Assembly (NCBI GenBank): GCA_030141605.1
Contig: JAQGDQ010000984.1
Span: 9,201 to 73,200 of the forward strand
Direction of reading: 5' to 3'
DNA: 64,000 bases
Source: Tubiluchus corallicola
Taxonomy: Eukaryota; Animalia; Priapulida
The notes beneath the pieces were generated by a model. The model was not told the DNA's origin, made no database searches, and was given only the letters and a program-made list of their open reading frames with translations. Positions 50,945-64,000 of this stretch are shown here, piece by piece (within the stretch, counting starts at the first letter, position 1; each line of letters starts with the position of its first letter). A program made the translations under genes and the position numbers.

Positions 50945-52049
50945 CTCTAAAACGTTGAAAGCTACAATAGCTTATTTTAAATCAATGCTTAGATTAAATA
51001 ATAATTACTTTGGATACTCAAATTTTGTTAAACTTTCAAAGCTACGAGCGGCTTAGTGAATTTACTAAGATTGGCAACGGCGCCTTTTTGTCACGTTCAC
51101 GTGGCTGACAAATAGAAGGCAGTACCGTGATAACCATGATCATGAGCTGCCGTGTTAGTTTCTGACGTCGTGTGATGTAAAGCCCATTTTTGCGTGACAT
51201 CATGCAATTAAGCAGTACTGTAACACTTACGCAAACATGCTTTTGAAGCGTAAGGGAAGATGCCTGCCATTGCACAAACTGCACTTTCTGACGTAAGCAA
51301 TAGCTGCGTTCGGTTGCCATTAATTAACTTTCTAACCTAATTATTCAAATATAAGAAACATTTGCTAACTTTTATAGGCAAGAAAATGTATATTTTGGAC
51401 AGTAAATTAAAATGACATTGAGTCTAAACAATCGTCCAGTATTCCTTTAAATGGGCAACAGAAATATTCCTTAAAATATCCCATATCTCACGGCAAGCGA
51501 ACCTCAGCCGTTCTTGGCGTAAGTCGTTTGAAACAAGTTCTGATAACACTCAGTAAAGGTTGAAAAAATAATCAGAGCATTCGTAGCACATATGTCAGTA
51601 ACTAAGTACAATTTAAAACTACTGTATCTTGTCAATAAGATTAAAAATAAGTTTTCTCGTTAGTGAGTGGTGCACCTTGGCGGTGATTTTACCAATTGTT
51701 GAAAACATTTTAAATAATTAAAAATTTTCTTTTCTAGTTACATAAGTCTTTGCAGCAGATAAGCGAAATGCTAAGTAATAAAACTTTGCATTGAAAGTTT
51801 TTAGGGACATAATTTAACATTGCCTTTTCTTCCCTTGATTTACGTTGTGTGTTTATGACGTCATGTAATGGCGCGGTCGGAACAGGAAAACAAACAACAA
51901 TTCTTTCAACGCGAGTACGATATACGCGTAAAATTGCTATAAATTAACATAATTTTTTTCAGACGATTTTTCTGGAAGCAACTTCCTTTTCTTGTACTTT
52001 AAGCGCCCCGAAGCATGGTTGGTAAACAGATGGGCGATCGGGATAGTTT

Positions 52050-52650
52050 TAAATGCCGCACTTTTCTAGTTATGCATCCCGGCTGAAGAAGACCATGAGT
52101 GACTTCATTGGTACAGCGAATCCAAAACACGAAAGAACAAATACAGTTAGCCAAACTACTATGAAGGTCGCCCATTCCGTTACTGAACGGCATAACATCG
52201 CTTAACTTGAAAAGAGGATCATAGGAAAAACTGCTCTGGAATGGTTTCAAATACCGCACTTTTCTGGTGAAGTGAATCCAAACGTAAAAGAACAAATACA
52301 GTTCACCAAGCTACTATTGGTGTGCAGGTCACCCATTCGATTACTGGACAGCATAACATCGCTTAACTTGAAAAGAGGATCATAGGAAAAACTGCTCTGG
52401 AATGGTTTCAAATACCGCCCTTTTCTGCTGCAGCAAATCCAAACGTAAAAGAACAAATACAGTTCACCAAACTACTATTGGTGTGAAGGTCACCCATTCC
52501 GTTACTGAACGGCATAACATCGCTTAACTTGGAAAAAGGATCATAGGAAAAACTGCTCTGGAACGGTTTAAAATACCGCACTTTTGAAGTGCAGAGAATC
52601 CAAGCGTGAAGGTCACCCATTCTGTTACTGAACGGCATAACACTGCTTAA
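52050..52650. repeat. About 160-nt tandem repeat, 3-4 copies
   Basis: cataacatcgcttaacttgaaaagaggatcataggaaaaactgctctggaa repeated. Confidence 0.85.
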
Positions 52651-52659
52651 CTGTAATCA

Positions 52660-52905
<246 letters not shown>

Positions 52906-53028
52906 CTAGCGAAAAGATGGCAACTCTCATTCACGAACAAAATTTAGTTAATTTAAAAAACATTAACAATAATCAATACCTCTTAACCCTTTCATACGAA
53001 AATTTTGCTTTATGCGAACATACTGCCT

Positions 53029-53729
<701 letters not shown>

Positions 53730-55054
53730 TACTTAGTACACAATTAGAACACGATTACTAAGTTTGCTCACTGCTAGGCATTTGTTTATAATTGTCTGTT
53801 TAAAAGTTTAACCCTTTCACACCCGTTGTATCCCGTGGGATACGAGGATATTTTCTGCCTTTAAAACTAATAAAATTTTAAAACTGACAGTTTTTTGAAC
53901 TGTTAATAGTTATTTTGATTTAAGCCAATAACAATAGACTAAAAATGGTGATAAAATGGCAAACTAGAAAATCTACATAGCATAAAAAACAGCGCAAGGT
54001 GCAGTACTTTAGATACGACATTGTACAGATCAGCATAGCATACACACTAAATGTCTTAAATACTTTAAAAAATTAACAGCAGTCGCAAAATGAAGCACAT
54101 TTTTTGCTTTTGTTGTGTTTTTAAAAAAGTCGGACTTTGTTTTTTGCAATGTTGTGTATGTAGGTAGGTAGAATGAAGGTAGAAAATAATTATTATGTGT
54201 AAACAAGATGGACATACTGAACAAAAGTACCAAGCCAAAAAATGTTTTCTTATTAAAAAAATAATTTGGGGCTGAAAGGGTTAATGATTATTATCAATTT
54301 CTACAACTTTTGCTAATAACTTAGGCACAACAAGGTGACAATTAGTACCTTACTGATTTTTTAATACATCGTAACATAGGTCAAACACTTCGTTCTAATG
54401 CTAATGAACAAATTAGTTGACATCAGCCAAAATGCTTCGTAAGGTGTAGTTCACTCACTACACAGCATCAGGAATGGGGGCTCGCAAAAAGCCAGGTTCA
54501 AACAACTTTCGAGCGAATGTTTTTTTTCTTGTTCACTTGATTCTGGCTGGCGCTGAATTTCTTATAACTTTTTTTAGATAAAATGGTGTTTTTTGTTTCT
54601 TTCAAAGCAACTTTTATTATTTCCAGTGTCAACATGGCTTAAAGAATTTTAATTTTGTAACCAAGGTGGCTCCATCTAGCTGAAAACTTTTAAGTGCGAG
54701 CTTTGACCCAGTTATATTGTTATTATACTGTTCTGTAGTACATGTGTACGATATGTATTGAGCAAACTAGCGAAATTTATCATTAGATATATGCCACGCC
54801 GACGTGAGTTCATTTCTATTCAATTTTGATTTATTCACTGATATTTTTTATTGATGTATTGACTGTCAATGTAACTAAACTATGTAACTTTTCATAAAAT
54901 TAGCCAATATCAGTCAATTTCTATATCTACATGCACTTCAACTTAATGCCTCTCAGAGACACCAATTACCATCACAAAATCTACAGTTTTAGGTTGGCCA
55001 AGCTCGGCATCGAGCCAGTACCGATACAGAAGAGCCAAGCACTTTATTACTCAC

Positions 55055-55175
55055 TCGTTCATTGCACTCTTCGATCAGCTCATCGAGTACCACGTTTAAA
55101 TCGGCTTCCTCCTCTTCGTCGTCCCGTAAAAATCCAACTGACATTCGCAAGTGACCCTTGACCTTTGACCTGGCA
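55055..55175 (-). CDS. NEDD4: NEDD4 exon (end of C2)
   Basis: (S)ARSKVKGHLRMSVGFLRDDEEEEADLNVVLDELIEECNER; tctag / gtgagt. Confidence 0.88.
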
Positions 55176-56114
55176 CTAGAGATGAAAATGTGACCAATTA
55201 ATTACAAGCACTAATTAACTAATCAAGTACTTACGATCTTAATTCAGAGACGGCCGTCCTGCCGATTTTCTCAGCTAAAAATTTTCCAGTGACCCTTGAC
55301 CTTTGACCTGCCAATTTTCTCAGCTAGAAATTTTTCTCTCGGCTAATTGGTTAGCCATACGTGGGTTACATAAGGCAAGAGAGAGGCCCTGCTACTTCCA
55401 TGATTAGCTATTGATCAATAATTATTGAAAGTTTAAAATCATTCACAAGCAAAGGTATTTGGATAGTGTTGAATTGTAACCAAAAGGTCCGAGGTTCAAA
55501 TCTACGATCGGCCACAAATTTTTTTACACTTCTTTCCTTTCGGTCGAGCTTATTTTGAAAATTTCAATCAGTTATAGAAACACTAATTATCATATATACA
55601 TTTAAAATTACAAATTCTTAACAAAAAGGACAGGCATTTGGTTATTTTAGATGAGCGAAAAGCAGAGATTTGGTTTGTTTTCTGCTGGTCAGTGGAACCT
55701 GCATAGGTACTGTGGAACTCCAGCGTCCCCTGTTTTCATTCAATATTATCGTTAATATTTAATATAAGTCTTTTGTGCAGTTCCTTCTTTATGCTTGTAC
55801 GGAACCCATGCATTTATTAATTTTAACTACGAGCCACCACTGCTCAATTGCAATACAATAATCACCAGAAGACAATAGATGGGTACTAATCAACAATTCG
55901 CTGACACACAGCGCAACAGAAACAAGACAGCGCCAGACAAAAGAAATTCCAGACACACATCAATTTTTGGATGAGTAAGAGCCATCAACAAGTCAAAACA
56001 AACAAAATTACAAAATACAAAATCAGCAAACAGACGGGTGAATAGAAAAATGATGCACAAATGACAGATGGACACACAGACAGACGCGTGAATGGACGAA
56101 CATTAATACGATAC

Positions 56115-56218
56115 CTTCGGGGTCGAAGAATGTGGTTTTTGTATGGCACGGGACCGTTCTGCTCCAACGGCACAAAATTCAGGAGCAGTTCAACCTGCCC
56201 CAGAAAATCGTCCCTCGT
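56115..56218 (-). CDS. NEDD4: NEDD4 C2 exon
   Basis: TRDDFLGQVELLLNFVPLEQNGPVPYKNHILRPR; tccag / gtatcg. Confidence 0.93.
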
Positions 56219-56444
56219 CTGGAAACAAATGCAAAATTAAAAATCAATATTCAATTCAATGGTTTCCAACAAAAACGTGAAACAATTCCTGCTGGTCAAC
56301 AACTCTATCACATGTAATAGTAGTATTACTTAACAACTGTTTGTGGTGTGTTGGGAATTTTGCAACACTATATATAACACTTGGGAGTTTTAGCAGAAGT
56401 AATTCATTACCATGGAGAATAATTAGCGTGTGTTTCAGGTGTAC

Positions 56445-56797
56445 GTTTTCGCATCACAACCGAAACGGTTAACTGAAACGGTTCACTCAAACTAATTTCA
56501 CGCAAAGATCTTACAATTCTAAATGTCTTACCAATCTATTTTCGCAACACAACCGAAACGGTTCACTCAAACTGATTTCGCGCAAAGATCTTACAATTCT
56601 AAATGTCTTACCAATCTATTTTCGCAACACAACCGAAACGGTTCACTCAAACTGATTTCGCGCAAAGATCTTATAACTCTAAACGTCTTACCAATCTGTT
56701 TTCGCATCAGAACCAAAACGGTTAACTGAAACGGTTCACTCAAACTGATTTCGCGCACAGATCTTATAACTCTAAATGTCTTACCAATCTATTTTCG
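56445..56797 (-). repeat. 80-93-nt repeat carrying three extra copies of the donor of exon 56785-56838
   Basis: tcttaccaatct(a/g)ttttcg near 56526, 56606, 56686 and at the real junction near 56779. Confidence 0.9.
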
Positions 56798-56838
56798 TCG
56801 AAAACTTCGAAAAGCAACCGATTCTTGTCGGGTATGAC
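56785..56838 (-). CDS. NEDD4: NEDD4 C2 exon
   Basis: VIPDKNRLLFEVFDENRL; tccag / gtaaga. Confidence 0.93.
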
Positions 56839-56984
56839 CTGGAAAATATTCGAAAAACAAAATGATATTGAAATCAATATATGGAAATCAAAGTGGATAA
56901 ATAAACACACATATACAAATTGTAAACGAAAAAACACAGTTACTGGTACAGTAAGTCTTCGCTTAACGTCTCCCCATTTTGCGA

Positions 56985-57596
56985 CGTTTCGCTTTAACGA
57001 CACTGATCATTTCACACCTTTCTTCACTTAACGACGCACGTTTCGCTTTAACGACACTGATCATTTCACACCTTTCTTCACTTAACGACGCACGTTTCGC
57101 TTTAACGACACTGATCATTTCACACCTTTCTTCACTTAACGACGCACGTTTCGCTTTAACGACACTGATTATTTCACACCTTTCTTCACTTAACGACGCA
57201 CGTTTCGCTTTAACGACACTGATCATTTCACACCTTTCTTCACTTAACGACGCACGTTTCGCTTTAACGACACTGATCATTTCACACCTTTCTTCACTTA
57301 ACGACGCACGTTTCGCTTTAACGACACTGATCATTTCACACCTTTCTTCACTTAACGACGCACGTTTCGCTTTAACGACACTGATCATTTCACACCTTTC
57401 TTCACTTAACGACGCACGTTTCGCTTTAACGACACTGATTATTTCACACCTTTCTTCACTTAACGACGCACGTTTCGCTTTAACGACACTGATCATTTCA
57501 CACCTTTCTTCACTTAACGACGCACGTTTCGCTTTAACGACACTGATCATTTCACACCTTTCTTCACTTAACGACGCACGTTTCGCTTTAACGACG
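56985..57596. repeat. 54-nt minisatellite (about 11 copies) after a pogo/Tigger-like terminus
   Basis: cgtttcgctttaacgacactgatcatttcacacctttcttcacttaacgacgca units, preceded by ta-cagtaagtcttcgcttaacg. Confidence 0.9.
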
Positions 57597-58975
57597 ATTT
57601 TCTTCCTTTGCTCAAGGCAAATTTTTATTTGATCAACAAAACTTTTTACCTAATTTGATGAAATTAAATTGCAATATTCTGTTCTAAAAACGCACGAGTA
57701 ACGTTAACAGCGTAATTATTATACACGTTTTGGCTTCCCCGACTGACTACTGATGCTACTACTGTATTATTAGTGATTTCTATCAAGTAACAAGTGACCA
57801 GCGAGCAATTTTGCATGCGACCTGTTGCTGTAGCAACCAGACCTAGACCTCATGAATGTCACCTAGTTAAAAAAGCTTCCTGATTCACTAAAGAGTTTTG
57901 CTGTTAAAAAAGGGTAATGAAAAAGCTGACAGAGGGAGTAACTTTTGGGCAGCCACTCTGTAAACACTCTGTCTTTCATGAATGTCATCTAGTTAAAAAG
58001 GCTTCCTGATTCCGTGAAACATTTTGCTGTTAAAAACAGGTAACAAAAAGCTGACACAGAGGCAGTAACTTGGCAAACATTCTGCCTTTCGTGCACATTT
58101 TAGACTGCTTCAAAGCTTGGCTAATTGGAAAAGGTTATTTATTATCGTCCTTATCTCTTATCACAGTGTCATGGTTGGAACAGTCAAAACAGAAAAGTGA
58201 TTTATCTCAAAATAAACAGACTTGAACTCTAAACCTGCAGTTCAGAGCACTTTTACCAACGCAATGTTACTACAAAACGATAGTGGAATAGAACTGATAC
58301 AAAAGACCACAATAACAACAGCTAAAAAACAAATGTGTGCTTGCATAGCAAAATCTTCCATAAGTCAGCAATTAAGCTTTTCTAGTTATTCACATATCCT
58401 GAATCTCCATTTCATGAGGATCATTTTGATACCAAGTTCATCGCTCTAAGTTATTTCTAAGCTGAGATAATCCACATTGAAGTTGAGGTGCAGGCTGCAC
58501 ACTGAAAAACGTAATCGTGAGAAAATTGTTGTTAAAGTCAGCCATTGTTTTTATTGTGTTTCTGCAAAACACTTAGCAATCGCACAAATGTTGGTTGCTA
58601 TGGACTTTGCAATCACACGTTGAAGTTATGTTTAAATCCAGTAGATGGCTCTTCCTGACGAAGATCTACGCTTGGCAAAAGAAAAAATCCGAAGCAAAAT
58701 GACGGTTGTCATTGTGCTACCACCGAAGTTTGAAAATGTTTTTTTTACAACTGCAGTACTAGTTTCTAGACAGAAACGTGGTTAAGGAGTCATCAAATTA
58801 AATTTTTGAACACTTTCTTAATAATTTGATGCTAGAATATAAAAGTCCAATATACTTAGTGTTGGTTTTTGTAAAATACAAAAAATGACGTTTGACCAAA
58901 TTTTTGATATTCTACTTTGAAGCATAATAACGTAGTTTTAACTGTGCCGGCTTATGGACGGTTTTGGTTTGCAAG

Positions 58976-60547
58976 CACACAGATGAACACAGTTGAACAC
59001 AGGTGAACACAGATGAACACAGGTGAACACAGATGAACACAGGTGAACACAGTTGAACACAGATGGTCACAGATAAACACAGATGAACACAGGTGAACAC
59101 AGATGAACACAGATGAACACAGTTGAACACAGATGGTCACAGATAAACACAGATGAACATAGATGGTCACAGGTAAACACAGATGAACACAGATGGTCAC
59201 AGATGAACACAGGTGAACACAGATGAACACAGGTGAACATAGATGAACACAGATGAACACAGGTGAACACAGGTGAACACAGATGAACATAGATGAACAC
59301 AGGTGAACACAGTTGAACACAGATGGTCACAGGGAACACAGATGAACAGGTGTATGAACACAGGTGAACATAGATGAACAGATGAACAGGTGAACATAGA
59401 TGAACACAGATGAACATAGATGGTCACAGATGAACACAGGTGAACATAGATGGTCACAGGTAAACACAGATGAACACAGATGGTCACAGATGAACACAGG
59501 TGAACACAGATGAACACAGGTGAACATAGATGAACACAGATGAACACAGGTGAACACAGGTGAACACAGATGAACATAGATGAACACAGGTGAACACAGT
59601 TGAACACAGATGGTCACAGATAAACACAGATGAACATAGATGGTCACAGGTAAACACAGATGAACACAGATGGTCACAGATGAACACAGATGAACACAGA
59701 TGAACACAGGTGAACATAGATGAACATAGATGAACACAGATGAACACAGGTGAACACAGATGAACACAGGTGAACATAGATGAACACAGGTGAACACATA
59801 TGAACACAGGTGAACACAGGTGAACACAGGTGAACACAGATGAACATAGATGAACACATATGAACACAGGTGAACACATATGAACACAGGCGAACACAGA
59901 TGAACACAGGTGAACACATATGAACACAGGTGAACATAGATGAACACAGATGAACACAGGTGAACATAGATGAACACAGATGAACATAGATGGTCACAGA
60001 TGAACACAGGTGAACATAGATGGTCACAGGTAAACACAGATGAACACAGATGGTCACAGATGAACACAGGTGAACACAGATGAACACAGGTGAACATAGA
60101 TGAACACAGATGAACACAGGTGAACACAGTTGAACACAGGTGAACACAGATGAACACAGGTGAACACAGGTGAACACAGTTGAACACAGATGAACACAGG
60201 TGAACACAGATGGTCACAGGTAAACACAGATGAACACAGATGGTCACAGATGAACACAGGTGAACACAGATGGTCACAGGTAAACACAGATGAACACAGA
60301 TGGTCACAGATGAACACAGATGAACACAGATGGTCACAGATGAACACAGGTGAACACAGTTGAACACAGATGAACACAGATGGTCACAGATAAACACAGG
60401 TGAACATAGATGGTCACAGGTAAACACAGATGAACACAGATGGTCACAGATGAACACAGGTGAACATAGATGAACACATATGAACACAGGTGAACACATA
60501 TGAACATAGATGAACACAGGTGAACACAAATGAACACAGATGAACAC
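58976..60547. repeat. 10-nt satellite (tgaacacag[a/g/t] and variants)
   Basis: Direct reading of the sequence. Confidence 0.95.
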
Positions 60548-60567
60548 TGTAAAAAAATCGTTCTTAC

Positions 60568-60606
60568 CCGAAAGAAGAACTCTGAATTCCATGCTGGATT
60601 CAACGT
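60568..60606 (-). CDS. NEDD4: NEDD4 C2 exon
   Basis: TLNPAWNSEFFFR; ttcag / gtaaga. Confidence 0.92.
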
Positions 60607-61987
60607 CTGAAATAAAATTGCAAAATTACATTGATAAATATGCTATGTGCACTGGTTGAACCAACCCCAGACCCCGTGTTAAACTGTGGATCAAAACAAT
60701 CTACGATTTAAAACATTGAAAGGAGACATACTATTTTTTTCAAAAATGACTTACGTGAAAGAATTATTACCATGCATACACAATTTCACATTCACGCCAC
60801 TAGTTCTTTGCTGTTACATGCATTTCGCCATTCTCTAGTTAGACGGGCACTAGCACCTGCATTTTGGAAACGCTGCACAAAAAACAGGTGCTGCACCACT
60901 CAGTTCAGAATGTTAGTTTCTGACGAACTGCACACGTTCAACAGTTCATGCATGAGGACAGTGGTTAACTTGAAATTTGAATCTTTATCTTAAAACTTGC
61001 CTAGTTTTAGTACAACACACTGTATATCTTACAGTAGCGCTGTACTTCAATTTTCACTTTCGCAAACATGTGCAACACGCAACACGGAATATTTTTGCTG
61101 TTGAAAATTATGTTAGTTTGTGAAGTCATCTATAGTTGGGCTCGCCCGTCATTAATTAAGTTTGTAGTGTATTATTTAATTATAAGAAACACTTTTGCAG
61201 TATTAACTGTGTTAAAATGTATACTTTTTAACATACAAGAAAATGGAAGTGTATAAGAAAAATCATCCTGTCTTCCTGTGTGCATGAATAACATGGGATG
61301 AGAGACAGGAAAAAATTGCAATTTTGTGACCATAGAGAGCCCTAAGTGGACTTAAAATATCAATTACCTTGTTTCATACCTAACTATCAAGGATACATGA
61401 TACCTAATTGTCTTAACAATGCCTAAGTACTGGCCACTCCTATACAAAAGTATATAAAAACTGTCTGCAATTGACTCAAATAACTCTGCACAATTCATGC
61501 TATATTTTTATACATAGAGATATACACGTGATTACACTGATGTAAGTGATGTAAACAAAGTGACGGCCTGCCAACTAGCGGTCAGTTTGTGAAACAATGT
61601 ACTGGCCGCTCCTATGCAAAAGTATATAAAAACTGTCTGCAATTGACTCAAATAACTCCGCACAATTGATTCTATATTTTTATACATAGAGATGTACACG
61701 TGGTTACACTGATGTACGTGATGTAAACAAAGTGACGGCCTGCCAACTAGCGGTCAGCTTGCGAGATAACGTACTGGGTCCATAAAAATTTCCTCAACGA
61801 ATTTACGCGATTTACAAAAATGGCACTACTGGTCTTCCAAAAACTCTGCGTATCCACGGAAAATTCTCATCCCTGAATAATGTGTGCATTTGTGTGAACC
61901 ATCCTTAACAGATTTAAATTTCCGTCAAATTTTTAACAGAACCATGTCAGTAAAGCTTATATCACAAAGCGGATTTTCTGTACATAC

Positions 61988-62066
61988 CCTACGACAAACT
62001 TCGGTAACCGCTGAGTCTATAACGGCGTTCGACTCACTGAGCAGCGAAACACGAACGTAAGGATCA
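61988..62066 (-). CDS. NEDD4: NEDD4 C2 exon (5'-most exon found; start codon lies beyond the window)
   Basis: (S)DPYVRVSLLSESNAVIDSAVTEVCRR; ttcag / gtatgt. Confidence 0.9.
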
Positions 62067-64000
62067 CTGAAATGAAAAAAAACAAATCGTATATATTAAT
62101 TTTGCTGGTATGTTATATATATATATATATAAGATTCGAGGCTACAGCCCGGACGAGGGCACCATTTGTAGCGATCTATATATCAAAAGAAAGGTCTCGA
62201 TCTAGTGTCGTGCCAATGGGGGTTTATTTTTCGAATCGGGCCCACCGCGAGGAACGGGGGGCGAAAAACCTCCAAAAGGGCGGTTTTTTGCAAAACTTAC
62301 ACATATACCTTGCTCTGACGTCATCCATTATACTCTGCTTATAACCTTATACCTTTAATTCAGTAAAAGCTGCTGGCTTTGTATTATAAATGAGGACTGT
62401 GTAGGATGTTCGCGTATTTTTGATTACAAGTGTATTTATATGCAAAATTTTTTGTGGGGCCTTTGCTAGTTCATTATGGTTTCACAAATTGTCTTTTTTC
62501 CTATACAGAAATAGAATAAAATAGAATGGAATCGAAACTTATTTTTCACTTGGATATGTAAAAACATAACGTTATTTCCATTACAGTTCAAGCGTGGTTC
62601 GCTATTATTAAAAATAAAAATATTATTACAAATGAAAGAAGAAGAAATTAAGAAAAACATTATGAATAATAAACACAACACGACACGTTGCAATACATCC
62701 ACAGTAAAATTAACGTATTAGTTACTAGAAAACAAGAAATACTTTAACTAAATGGGAGAGCTTTGGAAAATTATTGTAAAATAAATGAAATACATAAACA
62801 ATAAATGCTAAACTTTAAAGGAAAACCAGATGATTGTGTAAACACGAGTCCAGAATAAAGATTGCTCTAAAATGTTGAAAACTACAATAGCTTTTTTTAA
62901 ATCAAAGCTTAGATTAAATAATAATTACCTCGGATACTCAAATTTCGTTAAACATATCAAAACTAGCTCAAGAAATTAAGTCTGGGAGCTGAAGGAGAGC
63001 AGGCTAGATCAGGGGGCTTATCATTACTATCTGTTATATTTATTGTGTTTGATGTTCAATAAACGTGTACTTTTATAATCAGACTTTTCATAGTTTTGCA
63101 TAGTTCAGAATCCTCTAAAATATTAAAAACTACAATAACTACAATTACATGCAGCACCAGCACATGTAACTACACAAATTCTGATTAAGAGTGTCAAAAT
63201 CATAAACAATTTATTTTGGCAACTTTGTTTAGAAATGGCGAAATGTTATCGTAATGTTCAACAAAAACTATTAAAATGTATTTCAATTTTAATTACAATT
63301 TCAATTTAAAATTGCGTTTGAGCTTTACCATGGGGTGTTAAAGACTCCAAAAATTTAGACAAAACAAAGTTTTTGCAGCCAACAAAAACAGCTGCGATTC
63401 TACAATTACTGCAATTCTTGGCATGTTGCCAAAATAAATTTCCGGGTTTCAAAATGAAGCAGCATGCAGCGACGAAACTCGAACAATATAACTTCAAGTG
63501 TCGAAATGGTTTGGGAACAACTGTCAAAATACAACTAACGCAAAGACAACAAACACAAATCACCTCTTGTGATAATTTGGCAAAAATATTTTGACTTCGT
63601 ATTTTTCACAGTTTGAACTGTAACAAGATGCAGAACAAAAAAAATTATTGTTTAGAAATTATTAATGTTAATAATTATTATTGTATATCTAAACAAAACA
63701 TTGTGTTTCAAACAGTGATATTAATTAATAAAAAAATATTTCACAGTAAATAATTCGGTTTAGAAATTATTAATGTTGATGATTATTATTGTATACGTTG
63801 TGAACTGATCCACGAGTTTGTTTATGAACTTTATAGACTTTAGCAACAGACTACCCCAACAGTGTGGTTGACATTGGTAACTTTTAGTTTTTGCCACCCT
63901 TTCACCAATCACTTGAATATCATTAACTCAGATAATTTAATCATTTAATAATTTTGTCACTTTGATCATATTATCGTTTCATGCTCTTACTGTAAGTAAG

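Noticed and set aside
55455-55520. tRNA genes suggested by B-box-like motifs (also near 42300-42325 and 11630-11695)
   Set aside because: No complete cloverleaf; best explained as SINE heads or fragments.
58640-58700. Hammerhead-like ctgacga (inverted copy near 41265)
   Set aside because: No stem II plus GAAA arrangement; part of an unclassified dispersed repeat (about 41100-41520 and 58400-58850).
58912-60603. Cys/His-rich ORFs resembling metal-binding proteins
   Set aside because: 10-nt satellite read in rotating frames; only 60568-60606 is a real exon.
62100-64000. Upstream NEDD4 exon encoding the start of the C2 domain
   Set aside because: No matching reading frame with splice sites found; presumably lies beyond the window.

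Overview
AT-rich, repeat-dense genomic DNA from an animal (an invertebrate bilaterian by inference; the species cannot be fixed from sequence alone). It is not prokaryotic, so most of the supplied ORF track is noise. I reconstructed three intron-containing genes by hand with phase-consistent GT-AG junctions. (1) The first three coding exons of ATAD3 (minus strand, running off the left edge). (2) A complete two-exon FEM1C-like gene (plus strand, 633 aa), head-to-head with ATAD3 across 277 bp. (3) 21 coding exons of a NEDD4-family C2-WW-HECT E3 ligase (minus strand, 5' end beyond the right edge). Introns are packed with non-autonomous DNA transposons (hAT-, Kolobok/T2-, piggyBac-, pogo- and Tc1-like), LINE scraps, a tRNA-SINE, a 5S rRNA-headed element and many satellites. 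The most unusual signal is that many tandem arrays are copies of the genes' own exon-intron junctions. There are 20 intact 3' splice sites before FEM1C exon 2 and about 74 units each resembling a 15-nt in-frame microexon plus donor after a NEDD4 exon. At least five further donor, acceptor or exon-end duplications appear at different stages of decay.
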